A stretch of 64,000 bases of DNA from Macrostomum hystrix. Taxonomy: Eukaryota > Animalia > Platyhelminthes. Within the stretch, counting starts at the first letter, position 1, and each line of letters starts with the position of its first letter. The notes beneath the pieces are model-generated. The model saw only the letters and a program-made list of their open reading frames with translations. It was not told the DNA's origin and searched no databases. Shown piece after piece: positions 1 through 13,649 of this stretch. Made by a program: the position numbers and the translations under genes. The stretch lies in NCBI GenBank assembly GCA_950097015.1, contig CATNEN010000025.1, positions 6,448,001 to 6,512,000 on the forward strand, written 5' to 3'.

Positions 1-37
1 AGACTTCGAGGCTCGGTTAGATGGCAGGCCTCGACGT

Positions 38-3000
38 ATGGCCTCTTGTGAGAACGGCGTCGGCGTCAGCATTGGCGCCGGCAGTCATCCGGCAGACGGT
101 CGAAAGCGTCGCCTTCGCTATGCCATCAGCACCGAGGATGAGGACGACGAAGATGCCGCCGCGCAAGTGACGGTAAATGGAAACCAGGTACATAGCGAAG
201 ATGATGAAGAGGAGGCCGCTTCATCGGCGCTTGACAGTGGCAGGCGGAGGCACCGGCGCGCCGAGCGCTTGTCGATGCGTCGCCGGCAAAAGCGACCTCG
301 GCGTCATTTGAGACAAAGCGAGTCAGATGCGGATGAGGCGGCCGAGCAGCGGCAAGAAGAAAATCAACAGGCCGAGACTTCGGCAACAGCAGCCGACGGT
401 GTCTCCGAACCCAAGGACGAGCCGCAGTTCTCCGACATGTACACCCGGGTGAAACGGCCGCGCAAGAAGTTCATCCGGGACATGTACGGCCAGCTAGTTG
501 CCGTTGATGATCAAGGCGGCGCCAAGGACGACGATGACGACGACGACGAGGAAGACGAAGACGAGGGCGCGACGGGGGAAGACGGGCAGCAGCGCCGGAC
601 GTATCAGTTGCGGCAGCACAGACGGCGCACCGACATCTATCAGACCTCTGCGTACGAGGCCGTGCCACGGCGCAGGCGCGGTCGCGGCATCAGCGGCGGC
701 GGCATCGGCGTTGGCGGCGGCAGTCACGAGGCGTTGTTTCGTCGCCAGCGATCGCCCAGCCGGGTCAGGCGGCGTCATCGACGCTCGCTGCAGCGCAATC
801 GGCACGGTTCTTCAAGCACAGAGTCGTCGTCTTCGTCTGGTGACGGCGCTTCCTCCGACGATGACAACGCTGACGAGCGTCGTTTTCTTCGTCGCAAGAA
901 TCGCAGCATGGCCAAGGCTCGCCTCCGCTGCCTGCCCATGAATCTGGCCATGGAGGATGCCGAGCGCGGCATTCGGCGCGATCGATCAAAGATTGGCGCC
1001 AGCCTGGCTGATGTAGATCCGATGTCCATCGATACTGGCATCACATTTGAATCCATTGGCGGCTTGGGCGAACATCTGCGCTCACTAAAAGAGATGCTGG
1101 TGTTTCCTATGCTCTATCCGGAGGTGTTCTCACACCTGCGGGTCGATCCGCCTAGAGGCGTCCTGTTCTATGGTCCGCCCGGCTGCGGCAAGACCCTTGT
1201 TGCCAGGGCTCTGGCTAACGAGTGCGGCCGAGGCAAAGCTAGGCGCAAAGTGGCTTTCTTTATGCGCAAAGGCGCCGACTGTCTCAGCAAGTGGGTTGGA
1301 GAGAGCGAGCGTCAGCTCCGTCTGCTGTTCGATCAGGCCTATCAGATGCGGCCTAGCATCATCTTTTTTGACGAGATTGACGGCTTGGCGCCGGTTCGGT
1401 CAACTCGACAGGATCAAATTCACAGCTCCATCGTTAGCACCCTGCTGGCTCTGATGGACGGCTTGGACGCGCGCGGAGAGGTTGGTGCATGTTTTGATCC
1501 ATTTTTCTGCCATTACGATGAATTAACTTTCGAAGCTGTCGGCATCGGTCGTCGAGATTTTCAGCTATTGTTTTCAAAGACCCTAGTGACAAGAAAAACT
1601 AACAGTACCTCTATGGCTAATCAATATTCGTTCAATAATCCGAGTGTGTCAGTCTCAGGGACCTTTGTTCTCAGCATCCCAGGCACTAGGGTCCCCTTCA
1701 TCGACGTCTGGAGCATCGGTGGCGACAGTCGGGACCTGCAAAAAGCACCCGATGAGAACAAATGTCCCTGGGACAGATTGACATTGTTTGTGGAGCCTAC
1801 TGTTTTTCGTAGGACGTACTTTCTACGTCCTTACCAAAAATTGGTTGATAAGGACGCTTTTTATGAAATTAACACATGGTTGCTATGGAGGCTAGTGCAT
1901 AACTCACGTATTACCATTGCCCCTGTTTCCCATCCATCCCCCAGGTGATCGTGATTGGCGCCACGAATCGCTTAGACAGCATCGATCCAGCGCTGCGTCG
2001 GCCGGGACGTTTCGACCGAGAGCTGCGCTTTGCGCTGCCAGACGAAACCGCCAGACTAGAAATTCTCCGACTACACCTGGGCCATTTTAACCTGACCGAG
2101 GAGACAATGCGCTCTGTGGCCGAGTCCACCGCTGGCTACTGCGGCGCCGATCTCAAAGCGCTGAGCACCGAGGCCGGCTTGTCCGCGCTCCGCCGCGCTT
2201 ATCCTCAGATCTACTATAGCAGGGATAAGCTGCTGCTGGACAATCGACGCATCGCCGTCAGTAGCGCCGATTTAGCTGCCGCTATGGCTCGAATCCGGCC
2301 AGCCGGACAGCGCTCCACTCCGGCTGTGGCAAGGCCGCCACCCTCATATATAAGCTCGCTGTACGCCGACGCTGCCGCCGATGCGGCCGAGCGGGTCCGC
2401 AGCCTGCTGGCTGACAGGCCGGCCGGCCGACCGGCTGGCAGTCGACAACGCCTGGTCATGCTGGTCGGCCGTAGCGGCGACGGCCTCGCCAAGCACCTGG
2501 GCCCGGCCCTGCTGCACAGATTAGAATCGCTGCCAGCCCACTGCCTGGATCCGGCCGCCCTGTACGCCTCGGCGAGCGTCCGCTGCCCAGAGGAGGCCGT
2601 TGCCGATCTATTTCGCGAGTTACGCCGAGCAGCTCCGGCCGCACTGTACGTGCCAGCCTGCGACTGTCTGTTCGATTCGTTGAGCGAAACCGTTAGAAAG
2701 TGCCTGTTAGCCTGTTTGCGCGACTTTGATCCAGCCATGCCCCTGTTGGTGCTGATGACGCGAGAGTGCGGCCGGATGGACACTGAATCCGCTGACAGCG
2801 ATGAGCATATGTCACCGCCTGACTGGCTGGAGTGCTCGCCGGAGGACTTGGTGATTGTTCGAGTGCCCAGTCCAACTGAGTCGCAGAGACGAGCTTTCTT
2901 CAGCGACCTGGTGCTCGGTGCCGCCAATCCGCCAGACGAAGACGAAGGCCGTCTGGCGCCTGGCGAGCTGCCGCCAGCCGATTCTCTGCCGCCGCTGCCG

Positions 3001-4464
3001 CTGGCGCCAGCTAGTCCGCCGCCGACTCTGACGCCCTCCGAGGCCAAACGGCTGGCTCGCAGCGAGGAGGCTCAATTGCGCGAGTTAAGGATATTTTTGC
3101 GCGACACCTGCAATAAGCTGGCCAGGTATGACAATTGTCGGTGTCTGGGATACTTATAAAAATGTAGGTTTCTGGGATAATTCTTCGGGATTAAGTTTCT
3201 GGGGGATAACTCTAAGATAATTCAGGTTTTTAGGAAATTTTGGTTTCTGTAATAATTCTGGTTTTGTGATAAATTCAGGTTTTGGGATTAGTTCACGATT
3301 CTGGGATAATTAGAAACTATCTAGCCTCTGGGAGTGGTTCGTTTTTTGGGATAATTTATATAATTGTTGGTTTCCAAGTGTCTTAGAAGAGCTGCCTAAG
3401 AATAGGTGTATATGAGTATAATTATGAAAAGGTAATAAAAATTTACCAGCAATTGTAAACGCTTATTTGTACGTCGGACCCGTCTCAAACACAGGGACCG
3501 CCGCTTCTTCGTGTTCGCCAAGCCCGTCACGGACGTGGCCGACTACTACGACATCATCAAGAATCCGATGGATTTGGCAACCGTCATGGACAAGATCGAC
3601 CGCGGCCAATACTGCTGCGCCGAGGAATTCCTAGCCGACATCGACTTGATCGCGCGCAATGCCCTGGAGTACAATCCAGTTACTGACGACGAATCCGTTG
3701 CCATTCGGCATCGGGCCTGCGCCCTGCGAGACGTTGCCCAGGCTATTGTCAAGGCCGAGATGGACTCGGACTTCGAGGACGACTGTCGACGAATTAGAGA
3801 TCGCCGACGCGACGATGCCACGGCGGCGTCGACGACAACGACCACGGCTATCGAGGCGTCGACGAAGAAAACGACTGCGTCAGCCGCTGCGAATGCTGCG
3901 ACAATCGGCTGTAATAGCGTAGCAGCTCGGCATCCGCACGTCAACAATGTCAGCAACGGCGGCCTTGTTCACAATGTCTCCCGCGCCGATCGAGCCAGTC
4001 GCCGCTCCGCTGCCCCGACCGTCGCCGCGGCCGTAACAACCGCTGCTTCGACAGCGTCAGCTGAGACCGCATCGGCTGAACTAGAAGCAGCACCGACTGC
4101 CGCGCCTTCGGCCTGCAGCCCGACAACTCGCCGGTCCGTCTCGGCTTCCGCCGGATCGCCGCCGGCCCTGTCGCCGCATCGGCCGCCGACGCCTCAGCCG
4201 ATGTCGTCGCCATCGCGTCAAGAGGCCGCGATTCGAGCCCGACTGCAGAGCCTGTTGGACCAGCTGGTTGACCGCACCAATGGCCTGGCCAGGCTGCAGT
4301 TGGACTCCGTCTTCACGCGCCTATCTGACCGGCTGGCCGATTTGCGAACCAACATGGCGTCCTTGACAACCAATGCTAGTCGAGATCAGCAGCAACTGTT
4401 TGCTGGCCGCATCTGCAGCGCTATTGAAGAGTGTGTGAATGAGATTTCACCCAACTCTGACTGA
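38..4464 (+). CDS. ATAD2: ATAD2-family AAA+ ATPase with bromodomain (3 exons; 5' end may lie upstream of the window)
   Basis: Exons 38-1480, 1945-3125, 3495-4464 with GT-AG introns, joining LDARGE|VIVIGATNR and LAR|DRRFFVFAKPV. Walker A GPPGCGKT, Walker B IIFFDEID, arginine finger ALRRPGRFDRE, degenerate second AAA domain, bromodomain (YYDIIKNPMDL...LEYNP). The frame is open from position 2. Confidence 0.95.
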
Positions 4465-5042
4465 GCCAATCAAGAATCTTCTGCTCAGTGTAACTCAACA
4501 AAAGCAATTATAAAATCTGGATAATATTTCGTCGCTACTACTTATAAATAGTAGATCAATAAGCGTAATTAGTAGTGATTATAAAGTTTATCGCGTTTAG
4601 TATATTATTAATATATATGTAATAGTTCGTTGGAATATTTGTGAAACCAAGTATTCGTTTTTAAATGCCAATTTCTCTTTCTTTAACGTAACAAAATTAC
4701 TAAGTAGGTAATTAACTAATTTAATTAGTTTATATTTTTGTTGTTGTCGTTACTGGCTTAACCTAGGATTTTCTGGTGCTTTAATCAAGTATCAAATTTC
4801 TTGCAGGAGTAGCGTATTGTTTGTGTGGATAAGTTTTTTAGTCAGCACGCACCTGTGTTCGTGTGAAACCATGCTCCTTTTTAAATTAGGTAACGCTTAT
4901 TTTTCACGCGTAAAAAACAAGGCTTTTAATTCATTTTCCTAGCGTTTTATTATTACTTATTTAAAGGTTTTGCTGTTCTTTTAATTTGAAAAAATTGATT
5001 TTTAAATCGAGCTCATGAAGGATTAGATTGAGAATCAAAAAC

Positions 5043-5475
5043 TTCCTGAAGTATTGGATAGATAGCGGAAGCTCCCTGAAGTATTGGATAGATAGCGGAA
5101 GCTCCCTGAAGTATTGGATAGATAGCGGAAGCTCTCTGGAGTATTGGATAGATAGCGGAAGCTCTCTGGAGTATTGGATAGATAGCGGAAGCTCTCTGGA
5201 GTATTGGATAGATAGCGGAAGCTCTCTGGAGTATTGGATAGATAGCGGAAGCTCCCTGAAGTATTGGATAGATAGCGGAAGCTCTCTGGAGTATTGGATA
5301 GATAGCGGAAGCTCCCTGAAGTATTGGATAGATAGCGGAAGCTCCCTGAAGTATTGGATAGATAGCGGAAGCTCCCTGAAGTATTGGATAGATAGCGGAA
5401 GCTCCCTGAAGTATTGGATAGATAGCGGAAGCTCCCTGAAGTATTGGATAGATAGCGGAAGCTCTCTGGAGTATT
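5043..5475. repeat. Minisatellite, 30-bp unit GAAGTATTGGATAGATAGCGGAAGCTCCCT, ~14 copies
   Basis: Direct tandem periodicity with no spacers. Confidence 0.95.
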
Positions 5476-6069
5476 TAATGCATTGGCCCCAGAATATTAG
5501 TGACTAGTATCAGACCATGCAATTATTAGATCCCTAATGACGTTATATGCATTCTTATAATAATTGTCGTTAAGTTGCTCAAACAGTTGCTAAGAGTGCG
5601 TATTTAATTGCATGCCAAACATCGCCTTCAAACTGCTAAAATAGAGCAGTACGATTCGCTAGTTCACTCATTGCTTGTCCGTCTGTCACTGCACTTTCTG
5701 CTTGTTGTCTGTGTCTTTGTCACCCACCTTTGGTTGAACAGCAAGATCCTCGTTGAAAGAACTCGTTTTAAAATATGCATTGCACAGTTTTAAATTCCGA
5801 ACGCGTGTCAATTTTTAGTCCTAACTTTAAATATAACGACTTTAATCTGTTCTCTGAGGGTGGCAGCCGCATGGCTGTCAACAATATCCCAAACTAATCC
5901 CTACCAGCCACCGCTGTCTCGATCTATAGGCATTTAAAACAACCAGTTTTACACGCTTGTCATTTGTGTGAAAGCACGTTTTAAAATCCTAGATATGCGC
6001 TGCCTTTTTGTTTTTTTTTTGCTTTTTTTCCTGCTCCAGATACTAAGAATCCACAGGATTGGATCTAGG

Positions 6070-6720
6070 ATCGCTTGCAGATCCTCCGGATTATTCGCTA
6101 TCACTTGCAGATCCTCAGGATTATCCGCTATCACTTGCAGATCCTCAGGATTATTCGCTATCACTTGCAGATCCTCAGGATTATCCGCTATCACTTGCAG
6201 ATACTCAGGATTATTCGCTATCACTTGCAGATCCTCAGGATTATCCGCAATTACTTACAGATCCTCAGGATTATCCGCAATTACTTACAGATCCTCAGGA
6301 TTATCCGCAATCACTTGCAGATACTCAGGATTATCCACTATCATTTGCAAATCCTCAAGATTATCCGCAATTACTTACAGATCCTCAGGATTATCCGCAA
6401 TCAATTGCAGATACTCAGGATTATCCACTATCATTTGCAAATCCTCAAGATTATCCGCAATTACTTACAGATCCTCAGGATTATCCGCAATCACTTGCAG
6501 ATCTTCGGGATTATCCACTATCACTTGCAAATCCTCAAGATTATCCGCAATTACTTACAGATCCTCAGGATTATTCGCTATCACTTGCAGATACTCAGGA
6601 TTATCCGCTATCACTTGAAGATCCTCAGGATTATCCGCTATCACTTACCGATACTCAGGATTATCCGCTATCACTTGCAGATCCTCAGGGTTATCCGCTA
6701 TCACTTGCAGATCCTCATCT
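6070..6720. repeat. Minisatellite, 30-bp unit GCAGATCCTCAGGATTATCCGCTATCACTT, ~21 copies
   Basis: Direct tandem periodicity; it generates the repetitive ORFs in all three + frames. Confidence 0.95.
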
Positions 6721-7184
6721 GCAAGATTCTTTATTTATCAAGAAATAAAATATTTTTTTAGGCTAGTGTCTGTATAGAAAAACTGTTTCCGTGATAAAGA
6801 AGTTAAACAAATTCTGCAATCTAGCGATGATCAACTCGATACGTATATTTATTTTGTGTTAGTTTTGTTAAAATTGCCAAACATTTTTGACGGTTAAAAT
6901 GGTCAATTCTGACGTACAATTGGTGTGCTTAGTTATAATTCAAATATACTCAAAGAATGCCTTTTTCGCTAATAAAATAGTAGCAATAGTCAACTAATGA
7001 TCTGTAATACAGCTAAAGTAGATCTCATCATTAAAATATATTTATGGATTTGCTAGACAAAAAAAATCATACATTGGTCAGACGGGTAATTAAGTGGTTT
7101 TAGATGAAATTCGTTCCATTTAGAAGTCGAATACTGCTCGATAGATTTTGCGTTCACAAATCTGGAAATTTCTGACTAAGGAAA

Positions 7185-8475
7185 TGAGTGCGACAGTCTC
7201 ACGATACACAGCTGCAGTGAGAGTGACAGTCTCACGATACACAGCTGCAGTGAGAGTGACAGTCTCACGATACACAGCTGCAGTGAGTGCGACAGTCTCA
7301 CGATACACAGCTGCAGTGAGTGCGACAGTCTCACGATACACAGCTGCAGTGAGTGTGACAGTCTCACGATACACAGCTGCAGTGAGAGTGACAGTCTCAC
7401 GATACACAGCTGCAGTGAGAGTGACAGTCTCACGATACACAGCTGCAGTGAGTGCGACAGTCTCACGATACACAGCTGCAGTGAGAGTGACAGTCTCACG
7501 ATACACAGCTGCAGTGAGAGTGACAGTCTCACAATTCACAGCTGCAGTGAGTGTGACAGTCTCACAATTCACAGCTGCAGTGAGAGTCACAGTCTCACAA
7601 TTCACAGCTGCAGTGAGTGTGACAGTCTCACAAGGCACAGCTGAAGTGAGTGCGACAGTCTCACAATTCACAGCTGCAGTGAGTGCGACAGTCTCACAAT
7701 TCACAGCTGCAGTGAGTGCGACAGTCTCACAATTCACAGCTGCAGTGAGTGTGCCAGTCTCACAATTCACAGCTGCAGTGAGAGTGACAGTCTCACAATT
7801 CACAGCTGCAGTGAGTGCGACAGTCTCACAATTCACAGCTGCAGTGAGAGTGACAGTCTCACAATTCACAGCTGCAGTGAGTGCGACAGTCTCACGATAC
7901 ACAGCTGCAGTGAGTGCGACAGTCTCACAATTCACAGCTGCAGTGAGTGTGACAGTCTCACAATTCACAGCTGCAGTGAGTGTGACAGTCTCACAATTCA
8001 CAGCTGCAGTGAGTGTGACAGTCTCACAATTCACAGCTGCAGTGAGTGTGACAGTCTCACAATTCACAGCTGCAGTGAGTGTGACAGTCTCACAAGGCAC
8101 AGCTGCAGTGAGAGTGACAGTCTCACAATTCACAGCTGCAGTGAGTGTGACAGTCTCACAATTCACAGCTGCAGTGAGTGTGACAGTCTCACAATTCACA
8201 GCTGCAGTGAGAGTGGCAGTCTCACAATTCACAGCTGCAGTGCGTGCGACAAGTCTCACAATTCACAGCTGCAGTGAGAGTGACAGTCTCACAATTCACA
8301 GCTGCAGTGAGTGTGACAGTCTCACAAGGCACAGCTGCAGTGAGTGTGACAGTCTCACAAGGCACAGCTGCAGTGAGTGTGACAGTCTCACAAGGCACAG
8401 CTGCAGTGAGTGTGACAGTCTCACAAGGCACAGCTGCAGTGAGTGCGACAGTCTCACAAGGCACAGCTGCAGTCT
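7185..8475. repeat. Minisatellite, 33-bp unit GACAGTCTCACGATACACAGCTGCAGTGAGAGT, ~39 copies with unit variants changing along the array
   Basis: Tandem periodicity (11-aa period in translation). Confidence 0.95.
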
Positions 8476-8559
8476 CGGACATCGTGCTAGGAGCTGGTCA
8501 ACGCAAAGTTAATACCGAGATGTCCCTTTTCCCCTGTCCCCTGATCTGATCCCCTGTCT

Positions 8560-9738
8560 TCAGCGCTCCTTGTTGTTCTCCTCGCAGCTGAACTCTGCGT
8601 GTACCGGCCTCGGCGCTGGCTCATCATTGTCGGGCAGTGCGCCTGCGAGTCGCTCGTTGAGCTGGTTGAGCAGCAGGGTGCACAGGGCCAGGCCGAGGGT
8701 AAGGTAGGCCACGCTGGCCACAGTTCTTGGGAAGCCGGAGTGGCCTGGCACCAAGTCGCCAAGTCCGATGCTGGTGGCGGAGATCACAGCAAAGTAGGCA
8801 CCGTCCAGAGGATTCCAGCGCTCGGTAGCTAGAAATAGGCCGGCGCCAAGGCAGCAGTAGGCAGCGAAGGCGCCGGCGGTGGCGCTCAGTGTTAGGCCGT
8901 TGGCGCCGGCGCTACCGCGCCATGAGCTGGCGCGCAGTAGGGCGCAAATTTGGCGCTCCAGCAGGGCGGCGAGACGGCCGATGTAGACGAGGCAGAGCGG
9001 AATGCCGGCCAGCGCATAGAGCACGCTGAACCATTTGCCGGCAGGGCTGCGGGCCGCCACGTGACCGTAGCCTGTTAGGCAGTTGGTGGCGAGGTCCTGA
9101 TATTCATTTTTTAGGATCCCCTCTGATCCCTATTATACATTGTGATCCTCTCTGTTCTCTGAGATATATTTCAATCCTTTCTGATCCCCAATTTTCATTG
9201 TGACCATCTCTGATTCCCAATTTTCATTGTGACCATCTCTGATCCCCAATGTCGATTGTGATCCTCTATTATCCATAATGTTCATTCTGATTCTCTCTAA
9301 TCTCATAGGTTCAGTGTGATCCTGTCTGACCCTGGCTCCCTGTCTCTGCCCAGTCGTTCAAATCCCATCCTGATTTCCTAAGCGCCAAAGCCGCTCACCA
9401 ATGGTGGTGTGCAGGGTGAAGCAGTACAGGAAGGCTGAACTAAAGTCCCAGTCCAGGTTGGCTTTGACCTCAATCCATTTATCCATCTCTTTAATGGCTG
9501 TCTCGGCGAATTTCTCCCTAGAGATGAGCTTGCTGGTTCGAATCTCGTACAGGCGAAACAGGAACTCGGTGTCTGCGCGCTCAGCAGTCAGGCCGCGGTT
9601 GGCTGGCGGCACGCGCCGGTTCTCGATGTACATGATGGCCAGAGCTCCGAGTGCTGTGTAAATCAGCAGGGCTGCTGTGAGTACGGGCACACTGCCCAAT
9701 AGAGCTAGCGGATTGGACTTCTTGGATGATTTGCTCAT
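8560..9738 (-). CDS. Two-pore-domain (K2P, TWIK/TWK-like) potassium channel, 2 exons
   Basis: Exons 9738-9399 and 9071-8560. Splicing (G|GTGAG ... CTAACAG|GC) rebuilds pore 1 TTIGYGH; pore 2 is SATSIGLGDLVPG; four hydrophobic TM segments; typical LALAGIPLCL and W-x-x-LDGAYF segments. Confidence 0.9.
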
Positions 9739-10164
9739 TGTCCAGCAGTGATTTCTGCCTTATCAAAATCTATGCTTTCAAACTGTTAGGAAGGCCAAAA
9801 GGCGGTGGTTAATAGAAGCTGCTTTATTCTCGACAATTCTCCCTCCCCAGACCTTTAACTTACACAGCCAATCCCCACTCTTCGTCTGAGAGGGGAATAT
9901 TATCCCACTGGCCTTACCCCGATAGGCAAATGAGGGATGGCGAATAGTCGAAGGATAGATCTAGCGTGTGCGGATTGCACTTTTATTGATTGCTTCCACC
10001 GTCGGCTCGGATCCCCAATCCCAACTGGCCATTCTCGCTTCGTCGGCCCCAGGGTTCGGCCAAAGACACGCCAAGGTTGTATGGGAAATATTGGGAAACT
10101 TTTGGAAGCGAATCCTGTGGCCTATATTGGCAGTTGTATTGCGCACCTGCGTATTCACACAGGT

Positions 10165-10530
10165 GAAGTGTGTGTGAGTGTGTGCGTGTGAGTGTGTGTG
10201 TGAGTGTGAGTGTGTGTGTGTGCGTGTGAGTGTGTGTGTGTGTGAGAGTGTGTGTGTGTGTGTGGGAGTGTGTGTGTGTGGGAGTGTGTGTGTGTGCGTG
10301 TGAGTGTGTGTGTGAGTGTGTGTGTGTGTGTGTGAGTGTGTGTGAGTGTGTGTGTGTCTGTGTGCGTGTGAGTGTGTGTGAGTGTGTGTGAGCGTGAGTG
10401 TGTGTGTGTGTAAGTGTGTGTGAGTGTGTGAGTGTGTGAGTGTGTGAGTGTGTGCGAGTGTGTGTGTGAGTGTGAGTGTGAGTGTGTGTGTGTGTGCGTG
10501 TGAGTGTGTGTGTGTGTGCGTGTGCGGATG
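10165..10530. repeat. Imperfect (GT)n/(GAGT) microsatellite
   Basis: Seen directly. Confidence 0.95.
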
Positions 10531-11114
10531 ATTAGCAACAGCCAATGACGTTACTGACAGGTCATGAACTATTAAAATCCCACGTTGCGTTTTTCCTCTG
10601 TTTTTAACCCTCGTTTATCTTTGTTTTACATCCACTTGAAACCTTTGTACTAACTAATTGAGAAACCGTGTGCAGAAACCATATACTGCTATCTTTTCCT
10701 ATTGTAGAACCGAAAAAATTCACTACGAACAGTCGTTGGCGGAAGAGAGCGATGACAGATGCGTTGTTGCTGGGCATTGGGCCATTTTTTTCGTGGGATA
10801 TTTGCCTTGTGTGACGTGTGCCTTCTGGGCATTGACACGCAATTCCTAGACCCAATCTGTGGTTGACAGGCTTCGATTAGATAATTAGAATTTGGCTCAG
10901 AATAACGAACTCACTAATACTCGTGCATAACTGCACGTCACTAGTGATTAAGCAGCAAGCAAGTTTTTAGAAATTCACTGAAAATATCGAGCTTTGCCAT
11001 TTCACCACCAAGAAATTTGTTCAGTAAGTCAAAATCGTGCAAAACTGACGTGAAATTTTGTTGTGACCTCCACGATTCGCAAGCATGACCTACCAGTTCA
11101 CCTTGCAATCCTCT

Positions 11115-11990
11115 CCTAGATCCCATAATTATCCCCTTACGAATCCCATAGTAATCCCTCGGAAATCCCATAGTAATCCCTCCGAGATCCCTTAGTAATC
11201 CCTCCGAGATCCCACATTAATCCCTCCGAGATCCCATATTAATCCCTCTGAGATCCCTTAGTTATCCCTCCGAGATCCCTTAGTAATCCCTCCGAGATCC
11301 CATAGAAATCCCTCCGAGATCCCCTATTAATCCCTCTGAGATCCCATATTAATCCCTCCGAGATCATTTAGTAATCCCTCCGAGATCCCTTAGTTATCTC
11401 TCCGAGATCCCGTAGTTATCTCTCCGAGATCCCATATTAATCCCTCCGAGATCCCATATTAATCCCTCTGAGATCCCTTAGTTATATCTCCGAGATCCCT
11501 TAGTTATCTCTCCGAGATCCCATATTAATCCCTCCGAGATCCCATATTAATCCCTCTGAGATCCCTTAGTTATCCCTCCGAGATCCCTTAGTTATCTCTC
11601 CGAGATCCCATATTAATCCCTCCGAGATCCCATATTAATCCCTCCGAGATCCCTTAGTTATCCCTCCGAGATCCCTTAGTTATCCCTCCGAGATCCCTTA
11701 GTTATCCCTCCGAGATCCAATATTAATCCCTCTGAGATCCCATATTAATCCCTCTGAGATCCCTTAGTAATCCCTCCGAGATCCCATAGTTATCCCTCCG
11801 AGATCCCTTAGTTATCCCTCCGAGATCCCATATTAATCCCTCTGAGATCCCTTAGTTATCCCTCCGAGATCCCTTAGTAATCCCTCCGAGATCCCATAGT
11901 TATTCCTCCGAGATCCTTTAGTTATCCCTCCGAGATCCCATATTAATCCATCTGAGATCCCTTAGTAATCCCTCCGAGAACCCATAGTTC
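11115..11990. repeat. Minisatellite, 22-bp unit CCGAGATCCCTTAGTAATCCCT with variants
   Basis: Tandem periodicity. Confidence 0.93.
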
Positions 11991-12424
11991 ACTTTCTACG
12001 GTGAATATTTCTTGCAAAAGTACGGCCTGTCAAACCTGGTGAATTTCTCGGGCTTTCTTCCCTCATTCGTTTTATTTTCCCTTTTAGGTCGCAACAGCTG
12101 CTGCCTCCCTTTGTCACCTAGCATTTTGCAGTTAAGAAAATTGCGTTTTGGGTCTCTTAAAGTTCAGCCCCTGCTCTCCAAGTTTCTCTCCGTCTTTAAA
12201 GGTTGGAATTGCTATTTTCTTAGTCTATGGGCTTTTCAGCGCCGCGAAAAACACTGCTTTGAACGCGTCTAGAAACCCGATCCCTATGCAAATCATCACT
12301 GGCGCACATCAAACTATATGCACTGTTGCACAATTTTCAGTAGCTCAAAGCAAATAATTCTACTGCAAGTAGTACGATTCACACACCAAAAATAATGTTT
12401 CTTTCCTTATCATAAACCAGAAGA

Positions 12425-12730
12425 TCTCAAACTATTCTCAAACTATAAGTTTCTCAAACTGCAAGATTCTCAAACTATAAGAATCTCAAACTATAAGATT
12501 CTCAAACTATAAGAATCTCAAACTATAAGATTCTCAAACTATAAGATTCTCAAACTATAAGATTCTCAAACTATAAGATTCTCAAACTATAAGATTCTCA
12601 AACTATAAGATTCTCAAACTATAAGATTCTCAAACTATAAGATTCACAAACTATAAGATTCTCAAACTATAAGATTCTCAAACTATAAGATTCTCTAACT
12701 ATAAGATTCTCAAACTATAAGATTCTCAAA
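12425..12730. repeat. Minisatellite, 16-bp unit ATTCTCAAACTATAAG
   Basis: Tandem periodicity. Confidence 0.93.
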
Positions 12731-12832
12731 GCAAACTTTTGAATTAAAATCGCTTTTTAAGTGCTCATGTTAAAAAAGGGTTAACAAGCTTAGCTAAAAC
12801 ATATCAATCCATCAGACCTCCCGTCAAACCTA

Positions 12833-12846
12833 ATGAAGTCGAGACT

Positions 12847-12915
<69 letters not shown>

Positions 12916-13127
12916 CTGGCTGCATCGCAGAGGAGCCTATAACCCGGACACTAGTCGGCGAATTTCTCGCCTGCCGCCATACATGGAGATCATTTTGGAG
13001 GGCGAGCGTCACAAGGCCCTGACCAGGGGCCGCAGCGGCAGCCACACAGACTGGTACATCAGCTCCGTCCGCCGCTGGAGTCAACAGTTCGATTTCGCGT
13101 CGGCGCTTCGAGCCCTGTTTAATCCGC
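12833..13127 (+). CDS. Probable upstream exon (polyQ-containing) of the BOK-like gene; linkage uncertain
   Basis: GC-rich ORF starting at ATG, (CAG)21 tract at 12851-12913, ends at a strong donor GTAAGT (13128). Splice phase to the next exon could not be closed. Confidence 0.4.
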
Positions 13128-13374
13128 GTAAGTTTCTTCTTACACGCTACTTATAGTAGAATTGATTGAGCTTAAACAGTAATTTCAGTGGTTAATTGAT
13201 TATTATTCTGCATCAGATCGACTGGCTAATAGCGTCGCGAAATCTTTTATGCCACACTTGCGGACTTCTGAAAGTTTCCAGATAAGATTACTAGCCAGTG
13301 ACTGCCAATCGTACTCGGGTTTTGTTATAATCAACCACTCGGGCAAAATAGTAGGCTTTAAAAGCTTGTACGAA

Positions 13375-13645
13375 TTCTACAAATCTGCCGAATCTACGAG
13401 TCTACCGATTCTGCCAATCTACCGAATCTACCAATCTACAGAATCTACCAATCTACCGAATCTAAGAATCTTGCGAATCTACTAATCTACCGAGTCTACT
13501 AATCTACCGAGTCTACTAATCTACAGAATCTAGCAATCTACAGAATCTACCAATCTACAGAATCTACCAATCTACAGAATCTACCAATCTACAGAATCTA
13601 CCAATCTACCGAATCTACCAATCTTTCCAATCTTTCCAATCTATC
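13375..13645. repeat. Degenerate 9-bp tandem repeat (AATCTACCA/AATCTACAG)
   Basis: Seen directly. Confidence 0.85.
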
Positions 13646-13649
13646 TGGA

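Noticed and set aside
126-3075. Antisense and alternative-frame ORFs over GC-rich exons (also at 16575-17477 and 59275-60507)
   Set aside because: Shadow ORFs expected from GC-rich codon usage; no recognisable motifs.
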